DNA of 64,000 nt, from the IMG/VR virus record IMGVR_UViG_3300025849_000022, positions 24,309 through 88,308 of that record, one strand, 5' to 3'. Position 1 is the stretch's first letter; each line of letters starts with the position of its first letter. This DNA is from a virus. The notes beneath the pieces were generated by a model, which was not told the DNA's origin, searched no databases, and saw only the letters and a list, made by a program, of their open reading frames with translations. A program made the position numbers and the translations under genes. Positions 40,110 through 48,990 of the stretch are shown here, piece by piece.

Positions 40110-41017
40110 TATTCTTCCTCGTATTCTAGTTCGTCTATTTGATTTTGAATGTTGCGGATTGCGTCTTCGAATGGTTCTTCTAATTGATATATAGCAGACT
40201 CTAATTCATTTTTTAATTCTAATACTTTGCTTTCATCGTATTTGTCTAACTCTAAACCTACATCTTCTGCTATGCCGGCCAACTTAGACATAATTTCAAT
40301 ATGTGTATCTACATACTTGATAGTTTTGGTTGTATCTCTTGCCATACCCAAAGCACCTTCTAACTTGTAAAGTTTATCTTCTAATGCTTCTTTACTAGGT
40401 TGCTCTTGTAAGTTATTAATGTTTTCTGTGATACCAAACTCAGGCATATTAATAAACTTACCATTAAATTCTACTTTGATATGCTCAGGCTTAACACCGT
40501 TTTTTAACTGAGACGTTATGTTTCTACTTACCTCATATTGATCTCTAAATCTAAATGGATTAATCCAATCTGATTTACCAGATGCATCTGTTGTGTATAT
40601 ATGTATAGCAAATATATCGCTTTTTGTTTGCTTTTGCTTAAACTTATCTTGTGCATCAATTACATCGCCCTCATAGATACCGTCTTTGACTGTACCTACT
40701 TTTGCTTTTTTCTTTTTCTTTTTCTTTGATGAACCTTTTGAACCCCAGTAGCCTCCGTAACCTGCAAAGTAACCGCCTCGTGATGTAGTAGGTTCTGAAG
40801 AAGTGGAGTCAGCGGATGGAGTAGCATCAGAGCCACCACCTTCTGCAGACCCACCGTCTCCACTTGAACTTGTTGCACTACCACCAGCAGTTGCACCACC
40901 AGAGCCACCAGCGGCTCCGCCACCTGCTCCAGCACCACCGCCACCTCCGGCGTCTGCCATTAATTTCTTGTACTTGATACTATCCTTAATGGCTTCTATT
41001 ACTTCGTCGTATTTCAT
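40109..41017 (-). CDS. Gly/Ser-rich low-complexity protein with basic patch and acidic tail
   Basis: poly-G/S tract, RGGYFAGYGGYWG, KKKKKKK. Confidence 0.7.
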   Translation of the reverse strand: MKYDEVIEAIKDSIKYKKLMADAGGGGGAGAGGGAAGGSGGATAGGSATSSSGDGGSAEGGGSDATPSADSTSSEPTTSRGGYFAGYGGYWGSKGSSKKKKKKKAKVGTVKDGIYEGDVIDAQDKFKQKQTKSDIFAIHIYTTDASGKSDWINPFRFRDQYEVSRNITSQLKNGVKPEHIKVEFNGKFINMPEFGITENINNLQEQPSKEALEDKLYKLEGALGMARDTTKTIKYVDTHIEIMSKLAGIAEDVGLELDKYDESKVLELKNELESAIYQLEEPFEDAIRNIQNQIDELEYEEE

Positions 41018-41018
41018 A

Positions 41019-41330
41019 TTAGTACGTTGCGTCTAATGTTTCTATTTCTTCTCGAGTTAGATCTGAATCTGCTAATGTACTTGCATCGTATCCTGTTGCT
41101 TTATGTAAAGTTTCATTCTCGATATGCTCAAAGTATTGTGTTGTAGTTCCTGAAACATCTCTACAAAAAATACATTTGTATACTGTTTCATCAACCGGTG
41201 TATTACCAGTTGCCGCTGGTGATTCTTTAGCGGCCGCTAATGCTACATCTGGATCTACACCTTTTGCAACCATGTCATCTCTAATCTTTTGCCATGTATC
41301 TAATGGCGTTGCTAATGTATAGTGACTCAT
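41019..41330 (-). CDS. hypothetical protein
   Basis: 103-aa ORF with GAGG RBS. Confidence 0.65.
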   Translation of the reverse strand: MSHYTLATPLDTWQKIRDDMVAKGVDPDVALAAAKESPAATGNTPVDETVYKCIFCRDVSGTTTQYFEHIENETLHKATGYDASTLADSDLTREEIETLDATY

Positions 41331-41332
41331 TA

Positions 41333-41497
41333 TTATTCCTCTTTATAAACAGTCCAGGCACCATATGCAATCATGCCCCAACCTATTAAACTTGTTGGTA
41401 TTAATATCATTACAATACCTCCACCTATTAGGACTGCTCCGTCCCAACTGGTTCTCTCTTGTGTTCTGTCAAATATCCAATCTTTAAGATTATTCAT
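41333..41497 (-). CDS. unannotated 54-aa membrane protein
   Basis: MNNLKDWIFDRTQERTSWDGAVLIGGG...; AGGAG RBS and GATAAATA upstream. Confidence 0.75.
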   Translation of the reverse strand: MNNLKDWIFDRTQERTSWDGAVLIGGGIVMILIPTSLIGWGMIAYGAWTVYKEE

Positions 41498-41526
41498 TGT
41501 GATCTCCTATTTGTAATAGTATTTAT

Positions 41527-42342
41527 CTACTTACCTTGTGGAGACTCTTCATCTAGGTTATCTACATGCTGAACATAATGTGGCATACCGTGATCTGCTA
41601 CAAAATCAAAGAATTTAAACTGTTTACAAGCGGCCCAAAAGCCTCTCCAGCCGTCTTTGATCCTTTGCCATATAGTTAAATTTCTAATATTACCAAAACT
41701 ATTGATATACATTAGTTTACCGCCATGTACAAACCCAAATAAAGCAGGTGGTACTCTTGGAACTATATCATTATTATTAACATATCTGTGATAAGAACCA
41801 ATCTTACATCCTTCCAGGTGTCTTCTAAACTTTCTAGTTCCTACTCTAGGTTGACCGAACGTTTTTAATTCCTCTACAGGTATTTTATCATGGCATAGCA
41901 TCTCTGCTACTAATACTGCCATTGCTCCACCTAAACTGTGTCCACACACATATACTTTTTCTTTATTCTTTCTGCCGTCTTTGACTGCTTTAAGAATACC
42001 TGGATAGACTTTGTTAGCCTCTTCCCAGAATCCTGAATGCACCATGCCGTTTCTATCATGTCTTACAGGTATTGTTTTTAAGTCTGCTAACACATCTGCA
42101 AACTGAGATGGCTCAGTTCCTCTACATGCTACAACTATTTTACCTGTTCCAAAATAAACCCATGCTTGAGCATTTTCTACAGAAACAAATACAGGATTCT
42201 TTTTACCAAATCCAGGAGGTCGTTTCTTTTGTCTTTCAGGATCATCTGGATCAAGGTAACTACGCCCTGCCAGTCTTGCCATTACTTTGGCTTGTGATAT
42301 CTCTTCCAGATTGTCAGAGATAAGTTTGTTTTCATTGCTCAT
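41527..42342 (-). CDS. class 3 lipase
   Basis: VACRGT, VHSGF, GHSLGG, TFGQPRVG, NDIVPRVP, DH. Confidence 0.88.
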   Translation of the reverse strand: MSNENKLISDNLEEISQAKVMARLAGRSYLDPDDPERQKKRPPGFGKKNPVFVSVENAQAWVYFGTGKIVVACRGTEPSQFADVLADLKTIPVRHDRNGMVHSGFWEEANKVYPGILKAVKDGRKNKEKVYVCGHSLGGAMAVLVAEMLCHDKIPVEELKTFGQPRVGTRKFRRHLEGCKIGSYHRYVNNNDIVPRVPPALFGFVHGGKLMYINSFGNIRNLTIWQRIKDGWRGFWAACKQFKFFDFVADHGMPHYVQHVDNLDEESPQGK

Positions 42343-42413
42343 AATTACTCCTACCTAATTATGCTAGTATTTATCTATCGATAAATAAGAATATTACTGT
42401 AGGAGTAATTTAA

Positions 42414-42515
42414 ATGGTAACTGAATTAGTTCCGTATTCTTTTAAGAAAGATATGTTGTTGGTCTGCTCTATAGGACTCAACATAGGATTTATTATAGGC
42501 ATTCTGCTTATATAA
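42414..42515 (+). CDS. unannotated 33-aa hydrophobic peptide
   Basis: GATAAATA motif, AGGAG RBS, MVTELVPYSFKKDMLLVCSIGLNIGFIIGILLI, then a terminator. Confidence 0.6.
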   Translation: MVTELVPYSFKKDMLLVCSIGLNIGFIIGILLI

Positions 42516-42542
42516 GAAAAGCCCCACTAAAGTGAGGCTTTA
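42516..42542. terminator. bidirectional terminator-like hairpin
   Basis: AAAAGCCCCAC-TAAA-GTGAGGCTTT between convergent small ORFs. Confidence 0.6.
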
Positions 42543-42589
42543 TAATTGTATCTGATATAACCTTTGCTCTGGGCAAGAGTGATATTACT

Positions 42590-42766
42590 TTAGAATCTTA
42601 AGATAGGTTCAATTGCGAGGTACATAAACCAGACCATAAAGGCTAAGCCACTAAACGTGAAGCACGTCTCTCCGTCTGGACAATACTTCTCTTTGAAGTC
42701 TGCCAAAAATTTGGGTAAATCTGTAAAGGTTTCAGAAACAAAACTTTTAATTGTATCTGTTGTCAT
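42590..42766 (-). CDS. unannotated 58-aa protein (CPDGETC motif plus C-terminal TM)
   Basis: AGGAG RBS; MTTDTIKSFVSETFTDLPKFLADFKEKYCPDGETCFTFSGLAFMVWFMYLAIEPILRF. Confidence 0.75.
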   Translation of the reverse strand: MTTDTIKSFVSETFTDLPKFLADFKEKYCPDGETCFTFSGLAFMVWFMYLAIEPILRF

Positions 42767-42960
42767 TATATTCTCCTAGTCTAATTACAATTAGCACTAG
42801 TCATTCACAGATTCTTACGAACTCTGCTCGGGGGTTAAAGTTCCTTAACTTTTGTGATTTCGTATGTTGTATCTTCGCATTGAGACCTACAGCGGATACT
42901 TACCGCTACAACCGACAATCAATCAACCGTCCCGTTGTGGAAGAGACCAATGATCTTCCA
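42767..42960 (-). ncRNA. structured ~190-nt 5' leader (candidate cis-regulatory RNA)
   Basis: six predicted stems between GATAAATA and the RBS. Confidence 0.55.
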
Positions 42961-43007
42961 AAGAGTATTTATCTATCATTAACACATCAGTTAAGTTTTA
43001 TGGTATT

Positions 43008-44861
43008 TTAAGTCGAAATTAAAACTTTGCCCCAACCTTGTCTTCTTTTGTAATACATTCTGTCCATGTATTCTTCTTCGCTATCACAGGGCATGATTAG
43101 ATCAAGTGTGTATTCTGTTTTGTCTTTGACTAACTCTGCTTCTTCGTCATTGATGTATTCCATAAAGTTATAACCAAAGTTCATTTGAGTTGGGTAACTC
43201 ACATTAAGGTGTGTCACATAGAATGTTTGTAGTTTCATAAGTTGCGGATAATACTTCTCTGGTAAGTCTAACCATTCTCTGCTGTAGTGTTTGTCAATGA
43301 ACTCAAATATCTTTAATGGTTCCTTGTGGAAGTTACTTTGTGCTGACCACATAAGTGTATGTCCGCTAAAGCCATCTGCTATTCCTGTTTCTAAGTATTC
43401 AGTTAGTTGTGCTTTTGCTGTGTCGAACAACTGCTTTACATAGCCATCGTCTTCTTGTATAATCACCCACAGTCTATTGTAAAACTCAAAGTAACTCATG
43501 TCTTTGTACTTGCGTAGGAACCTACTTAATATTTGTGTCCAACCGTAGTTGTGAAAATTATTGATCATCCAAGCATACATCCAACTGTCTATAAACTTAG
43601 GCATAGGCATGTCCTTGGTACCGCGGACCAACGTAACACTTTCACTGATGCCATCTTCTTCCTCAAAGCCTGATATATAATCTTTCACAACCACTGTATC
43701 TATTTCATGTTCTGTTCTTTGGCCAGGTGTGTTAAGGTGTGCGTTCTCTAGTAATTGTGCTAACCAACTTTCAATAGCATTGTGTTGGCCCATTTCAATT
43801 ACATCACACAAACCTTTACTCCAACTTTCAAATGTTTCTTTGGGTAAGCCTAGTATGAGTTCTGTGTAACTAGGTATCTGTTCTCTATTACATATATCAA
43901 ATATATGTTTTAGATTACTAAACTCCATGTTACGTCTTTTAATTTCTTCTAGTACATCCATGTCCATACTTTGTACACTTAGAGTTAGTCCTCTGTTGAA
44001 GCCACTACTAATAAACTTCTTAACAATTTCCATAATCTCTTCTGAACTGTTCTTGTACCACGTGGCGTCTACTACTTGTGGATAACCAAACTCTTTTTGT
44101 AGTTCTACAAGTTCTTCTGTGAACTTCATATCTCTATCTGTGAACACACCAAAGTTTGCGTCTGCTATTGTAACGTAATCCATTTTGTTGTGTGCCATCC
44201 AATGTAATTCTTGTAACACTTTTTCTTCAGGAAACTTTTTAAGTTTGCTGTAAGTTAAACCGCCCCAGTCACAGAATGTACAAGCAAAAGGGCAACCGCG
44301 ATTAGTTTCTAATGTGCCGTTCCACAGTACACCTGGATTGTCTGCTATTATCTTTTCAAACACACCTGTCAAGTAAGGACTTGGTATGTCTAGTTCGTCT
44401 AGTCTAGGATAGTTGTATATCTTTTCTATTAGTTTGCCACTAATTAAATTGCGTAAGATATCTGTAAAACTCTGTTCGCCTTCTGCTAAACTGATTGAGT
44501 CTACATATTTGTGATGCTTGAAAAACTCTTCCTCTTCTGGTCTGTCAGTTACCTGTGGTCCACCAAATACTATTTTACATTTAGGGTAACGTTGTTTAAC
44601 ACGTTGAGCAACTGCTTTACTCCATTCCCAATTCCACATGTAGCAACTGAATGCAATAATGTCTGGGTCTTCTAGTCTGTCAACTAAGGTGTCTACATTT
44701 TCTCTGCGGAATATTATGTCCTTGAGATCTACATTTTGTTTTATATCTTCAAACTGACTAGCATAACTCCACAAACATCCAATGCTGTAAGGAATCCAAT
44801 AACCAGTTTTACCAGCAATACCAAATCGAAAGTTAGGCTGGCATAGATATAAGTTTAGCAT
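43008..44861 (-). CDS. B12-binding radical SAM enzyme
   Basis: IAFSCYMWN...VFGGPQ cobalamin-type domain, ETNRGCPFACTFCDW. Confidence 0.88.
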   Translation of the reverse strand: MLNLYLCQPNFRFGIAGKTGYWIPYSIGCLWSYASQFEDIKQNVDLKDIIFRRENVDTLVDRLEDPDIIAFSCYMWNWEWSKAVAQRVKQRYPKCKIVFGGPQVTDRPEEEEFFKHHKYVDSISLAEGEQSFTDILRNLISGKLIEKIYNYPRLDELDIPSPYLTGVFEKIIADNPGVLWNGTLETNRGCPFACTFCDWGGLTYSKLKKFPEEKVLQELHWMAHNKMDYVTIADANFGVFTDRDMKFTEELVELQKEFGYPQVVDATWYKNSSEEIMEIVKKFISSGFNRGLTLSVQSMDMDVLEEIKRRNMEFSNLKHIFDICNREQIPSYTELILGLPKETFESWSKGLCDVIEMGQHNAIESWLAQLLENAHLNTPGQRTEHEIDTVVVKDYISGFEEEDGISESVTLVRGTKDMPMPKFIDSWMYAWMINNFHNYGWTQILSRFLRKYKDMSYFEFYNRLWVIIQEDDGYVKQLFDTAKAQLTEYLETGIADGFSGHTLMWSAQSNFHKEPLKIFEFIDKHYSREWLDLPEKYYPQLMKLQTFYVTHLNVSYPTQMNFGYNFMEYINDEEAELVKDKTEYTLDLIMPCDSEEEYMDRMYYKRRQGWGKVLIST

Positions 44862-44941
44862 AGCAGTATTTATCGCTTAGAAAATGTTGTCAAAGGAAAG
44901 CAGGCACTAGGCCTGCTTACTGAATACTTGGTCCGTATTGC

Positions 44942-45235
44942 TTACTTAAAAGAGTCTCTGGCTTGTTTTACTAAATCTGCTTTCTTCTTACGCAAATCTA
45001 ATTCAACTCCATTATCTCTTGCTAATAGTTCTAACTCTGCTTTAGTCTTTTTATTCAACTCAGCGGCTGTTGGAACTTTAGATGTAGCAGGTGCCTTTGG
45101 GGCAGGTGCTGGTGCTGGTGTAGGCTTAGGTGCAGGTTTGCTTTCTACTACTTCATCTTTTTTAAAAAATGATTTATAAACAACAAATGCTAAAATTATT
45201 CCTACAACAACTATACCGATAGTAGATTGATCCAT
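44942..45235 (-). CDS. membrane-anchored protein with Pro-rich linker and Rho-N/HeH-like tail
   Basis: N-terminal TM, PAPK repeats, LNKKTKAELELLARDNGVEL...KKADLV. Confidence 0.65.
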   Translation of the reverse strand: MDQSTIGIVVVGIILAFVVYKSFFKKDEVVESKPAPKPTPAPAPAPKAPATSKVPTAAELNKKTKAELELLARDNGVELDLRKKKADLVKQARDSFK

Positions 45236-45237
45236 GG

Positions 45238-46221
45238 TTATCTCCTTAATTGGTTATCTAGTTTTTCTAGTTGATCGTAACGATCTTTTTCGAACGTGTG
45301 TTTTAGATTGTAGGGATTATATCTTTTGTATGTTGTGCCTTTAATTCTGCTAATGACATCGTGTACTATTAATTTGTCTTCTACATTCTTGAATCCGGCA
45401 ATGTCGGCGGCACTTTGCTCAAATTCAACTCCGTCCATATTTTCCAGTATCTTGAATAAGGCTAAATCAAATTCAAGATAACTGAACCCAAACTGTGCTT
45501 CATCAGAACTAGATATCCCTAGTCCGTCTGTGGGCACAGCAAATACGACACTATCTGGTACACCTTGCATTTCCGCAAGAGCAGGAACTTCCCAACTCTT
45601 ACTTAATGACTGTATAGGCGAGACGTCGCCAACGTCCCCATGTAGTGTCCAAAACCCAGCCGCAAGTTCTGAAAAATTATCAGTACTTGCTACAAAGCCT
45701 TGACTCGCACCAGCAAGATTGTACAATGTAATCATACGCAATCTGGCTCGAATGTTTCCTTTTCTAATCTTACTAGAGTGATCATCGCTAATCAAACTAG
45801 CATCTAATTTGTATTGTTGTTTAAGTATATCTTCATATGCTTCTGTTAAGTCTATGTGTCTGTGATCAATTCCTAATGCGTGGCAAGTTTCTATACCGCG
45901 ATCAGTTTCATCTTCAATTTGGTTGATAGGCATTGTTACACCTATTACATGATAACCAGCATCTCTAAATAAACTGGCTGTCAAGGCACTATCTACGCCT
46001 CCGCTCATGCCTACACAAACATTACTTATTTTATATTTGTTGGCGTACTCTACTAAGTTCTGCACTATATCATTTCGTAACACTTGCAATCTTTCTACAG
46101 ACATGTACTTTCCGCTTTTAATATAAGTATCTAGCAACTTGTCAAATGCAGGTGACAAACTTGGCTTCCTATTATAATCCAATATTAGTCTTTTCAAATT
46201 TGCTTGTTCGTTTTTATTCAT
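45238..46221 (-). CDS. nadE: NH3-dependent NAD+ synthetase
   Basis: GMSGGVDSA, GNIRARLRM, STDNFSE, FWTLHGD, PTDGL. Confidence 0.9.
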   Translation of the reverse strand: MNKNEQANLKRLILDYNRKPSLSPAFDKLLDTYIKSGKYMSVERLQVLRNDIVQNLVEYANKYKISNVCVGMSGGVDSALTASLFRDAGYHVIGVTMPINQIEDETDRGIETCHALGIDHRHIDLTEAYEDILKQQYKLDASLISDDHSSKIRKGNIRARLRMITLYNLAGASQGFVASTDNFSELAAGFWTLHGDVGDVSPIQSLSKSWEVPALAEMQGVPDSVVFAVPTDGLGISSSDEAQFGFSYLEFDLALFKILENMDGVEFEQSAADIAGFKNVEDKLIVHDVISRIKGTTYKRYNPYNLKHTFEKDRYDQLEKLDNQLRR

Positions 46222-46540
46222 CGTCGTCTTTTTTATTATTAATTTCCTCTATGAGATCCCATATACTAGTATCTGAATTTAGTGTTTTAGAATCATATTC
46301 TTCTAAACCATAAGCCACTCTCAATGCTTTTTTATAGTAACCTGCGGCAGTACTGCAATATACAGCAAAACTTTCGTGAGTAATGTCTACGTCTAAGTCC
46401 ATACCTAAATGAACCATAAACTTAGTTAAGTCGTTTACTACATCATCAATTGTTTCATTAAACAATATATCATTGTTTATAGATTCTGCTTCTTTGAGTT
46501 TTTCTCTATAAACAGTCAAGTCAACTAGATTATCTTTCAT
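46214..46540 (-). CDS. hypothetical protein
   Basis: 108-aa coupled ORF. Confidence 0.65.
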   Translation of the reverse strand: MKDNLVDLTVYREKLKEAESINNDILFNETIDDVVNDLTKFMVHLGMDLDVDITHESFAVYCSTAAGYYKKALRVAYGLEEYDSKTLNSDTSIWDLIEEINNKKDDDE

Positions 46541-46748
46541 CTATTTTACTATGTTTTTCTAACTCTTCTATTTTAGATTTAAGAATATTGACCATATTGG
46601 ACTGTTCATCGTCTAATAACTTAGCACCAATGTGAACTTTTTCTTTTTCTAAAACATCAACTTGTGATTCTAAGGTTGCTATGCGTTGTTCTGCAGATGA
46701 CAATGCGTCAATCAACTGCTTTTTGGTCATTTGTGTTTTGCTTGTCAT
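46530..46748 (-). CDS. hypothetical coiled-coil protein
   Basis: 72-aa ORF 5 nt after TAATTA. Confidence 0.6.
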   Translation of the reverse strand: MTSKTQMTKKQLIDALSSAEQRIATLESQVDVLEKEKVHIGAKLLDDEQSNMVNILKSKIEELEKHSKIDER

Positions 46749-46760
46749 ACTATTAATTAC

Positions 46761-47375
46761 CTATATTTTATCGTACACTACATACAAACTGGATCTTGAG
46801 TCGCCATTAGCAACTCTATTCATCATGCCGTGTAATTCTTTATTTGTATTTAGAAGTATATAACCATAGCCTTTTTTATAAGGAGTAGTTAAAAGTTCTT
46901 CTCCGTGATCTAATTCCAGTACTGGTTTTAGAAATGTTGTACCACATCTTTCATCGCAATCATTATCTAAATATATTTGCATAGTGACGTCAAGCACTTC
47001 TTGGTCGCAATGTGGCAATAGAATAAAGCCAGGACTATCTTTCCACATGCTAACATTTGGTACTCTAATTCCTGGTAAATTAAATTTGTCAATTATTGGT
47101 TGCATTGTTTTTTGCAGTTCAATGCTGATATTATGAATATCGTAGATGTCTGTTCTAACTCTTTGTATTTTATGTGTCTCTGGTGGATGAGCATATACTT
47201 CATAACTTTTAGTATATGGATCGTCTTGTACTTGTTTTATAGTCTTAATTTCTTCGTCAGTAAGTACATCTTCTAACACCAAAAGTTTATATTGGTATGG
47301 TTCAAACTCTATTGTTGCACCTTCTAAAACAGTTAGTTCAGTGTCTTCAATATACTTTACTAACTTTTCAAACAT
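46761..47375 (-). CDS. 2OG-Fe(II) oxygenase-like protein
   Basis: WKD...HCD...QIYL...GTTF...HGM...R. Confidence 0.7.
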   Translation of the reverse strand: MFEKLVKYIEDTELTVLEGATIEFEPYQYKLLVLEDVLTDEEIKTIKQVQDDPYTKSYEVYAHPPETHKIQRVRTDIYDIHNISIELQKTMQPIIDKFNLPGIRVPNVSMWKDSPGFILLPHCDQEVLDVTMQIYLDNDCDERCGTTFLKPVLELDHGEELLTTPYKKGYGYILLNTNKELHGMMNRVANGDSRSSLYVVYDKI

Positions 47376-47736
47376 GTCCGTGAGCCAATAGATGTACAAT
47401 TAAAAAATAAGTCATGCCATGTGCTAATTGATCAGTGCCATGTATTACCCAATACTTTTGATCAGATGGTAATACATTATATTTGTTCCATGCCTTGTTT
47501 TTAGCATAGTCTATATGATAATGTAAAACAAAGTCAATGAACGATAATAAAAATGCAACCAAAGGACTTGTAAAATTTAATAATATAATCAAAGTGAATA
47601 AACCATGAAGGCCTGCATGTGCTACGCCGCCTGGATGTCCGTACTTTCCTTTATACTTAAACATCCATGGGTATTGCATATAGTAATCTGCAACTATGTG
47701 TTTAGTCATTAGCCAAAATAAAATGTTAAATTCCAT
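47368..47736 (-). CDS. DUF3307-like His-rich membrane protein
   Basis: KHIVADYYMQ, HAGLHG, HYHIDY, DQLAH; start moved to MEFNIL, downstream of the tRNA. Confidence 0.7.
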   Translation of the reverse strand: MEFNILFWLMTKHIVADYYMQYPWMFKYKGKYGHPGGVAHAGLHGLFTLIILLNFTSPLVAFLLSFIDFVLHYHIDYAKNKAWNKYNVLPSDQKYWVIHGTDQLAHGMTYFLIVHLLAHGHV

Positions 47737-47750
47737 ATTAATCCTTGGTG

Positions 47751-47824
47751 TGGTGGAGAATAAGAGAGTCGAACTCTTAACTGCTCCGTGCAAGGGAGCC
47801 GTGATCCCATTTCACCAATTCCCC
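47751..47824 (-). tRNA. tRNA-Ala(UGC)
   Basis: cloverleaf, anticodon TGC, G3:U70 pair, GTTCGA, encoded CCA. Confidence 0.93.
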
Positions 47825-47833
47825 TTTGTATTG

Positions 47834-48289
47834 TTATTTATTATACTGTAAATTAGTTGAAGTAATTTTTTGTACTAGATCATATAGTACAACAATTGAT
47901 AAGCCACTGATTAAAAATCTAATATCAAACAGCAATGCTTCTGGACTGAATGGAGGAAACCATTGTCCTGTGTTTGCTAGTATATGCCATACTAACCAAC
48001 TGCTTAACAAAGACATGTACTTGCTGTCTAACATTCTGCTAATAAATGGTGCTAATGCTAATGCTGAATATGTGATTAACATGCTGTTATGAAATCCTAA
48101 AAACAAATCACTTATAAACATTATACCCAAAGGTAATAAGAATGCTAAATTATTTTTAGTAAGGTAAGGTGTAAGAACTGCTAACCCAAGTAATGGTTCA
48201 CTGTTTGCAGGCAATGGTAATAGCCTGCTTATAATTAAAGCAACAAAAAGTATTGTGCCTGCTTTAAATATTGATAGATTCTTTAACAC
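47834..48289 (-). CDS. membrane protein (DUF6580 / ECF-S-like putative transporter)
   Basis: SRLLPLPANSEPLLGLA...PLGIMFISDLFLGFH; probable GTG start. Confidence 0.6.
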   Translation of the reverse strand: MLKNLSIFKAGTILFVALIISRLLPLPANSEPLLGLAVLTPYLTKNNLAFLLPLGIMFISDLFLGFHNSMLITYSALALAPFISRMLDSKYMSLLSSWLVWHILANTGQWFPPFSPEALLFDIRFLISGLSIVVLYDLVQKITSTNLQYNK

Positions 48290-48473
48290 AGGCTTCGCAA
48301 TTTTTGTTGAACATTGCTCTATTGTATCCTTTTGTTTTTGATCTACCTGCCCACTTAAAAGTTTTTTTGCACTCTGTACAATGCCTTTTATGTAATTGAT
48401 ATGGTCCCCATTTTTCATCATATGTTTGTTGTCGTTTTTGTATAGAGTCTAGACTCTGTTCTTTTTTAGGCAT
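48264..48473 (-). CDS. small zinc-ribbon-like protein
   Basis: CTEC...CEAC; fills the gap between two operon genes. Confidence 0.55.
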   Translation of the reverse strand: MPKKEQSLDSIQKRQQTYDEKWGPYQLHKRHCTECKKTFKWAGRSKTKGYNRAMFNKNCEACVKESINI

Positions 48474-48481
48474 ATTTTTCT

Positions 48482-48718
48482 CTAGTGTAAAGTAGAGAAG
48501 GCTCTTTCAATCATAGCCTCCCTAACATCTTTGTCAGATACGGCATCAATGAACTCGTCGTTTATTGTAAAGTATGCGTTACTGTCTGTGATGTCTTGTT
48601 CAGGTATGCCTACCATTTTACAAATGTCTTCATAACTTAATGCAATGCCTTTGGCATGTGCTTCAAGCATTAGGTCCATGACAATCTTGCCAATTATCTT
48701 TTCCAACTTATCTGACAT
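48482..48718 (-). CDS. hypothetical protein
   Basis: ATG 5 nt after TAAATA. Confidence 0.65.
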   Translation of the reverse strand: MSDKLEKIIGKIVMDLMLEAHAKGIALSYEDICKMVGIPEQDITDSNAYFTINDEFIDAVSDKDVREAMIERAFSTLH

Positions 48719-48738
48719 GCTATTATTTATGATGTCAT

Positions 48739-48964
48739 AAAAAAAGGCGAATATAAAACTCGCCTTCTATGGTTACTAACTACTAGACGAACGGAGCAAA
48801 ATTGAGCAGGCGGTACACTTAGAGATTAACTCAATTTACGAAATACCACACGGGCCTGCTCATGTACAATAAAGTATTCTGTTACTCTGCTGTACAATTC
48901 TACATAGGTTCCTAGAACCCTTTGACACTCACTGCCTACTGCTTTCAGCCTTTGTGTCTAAGTT
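48739..48964 (-). ncRNA. stand-alone structured ncRNA candidate
   Basis: TTGACC-17-TATAAT promoter (48971-48999), several stems, terminator AAGGCGAG...TTCGCCTTTTTTT, no RBS-bearing ORF. Confidence 0.6.
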
Positions 48965-48990
48965 ATGTATATTATACTAAAATTTGTGGT

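Noticed and set aside
40696-40944. 82-aa alternate-frame hydrophobic ORF
   Set aside because: Explained by GGT/GCT repeats of the Gly-rich tract, which lack stops in the shifted frame.
42751-43011. 86-aa plus-strand ORF
   Set aside because: TTG start without an RBS, and antisense to a structured leader that has clear minus-strand promoter and RBS signals.
47737-47793. ORF-track start of the DUF3307-like gene
   Set aside because: Lies inside tRNA-Ala; the downstream ATG at 47736 is preferred.
48290-48421. N-terminal extension of the 195-aa membrane ORF
   Set aside because: Overlaps a more plausible CxxC-CxxC ORF in another frame; the membrane domain begins near 48289.
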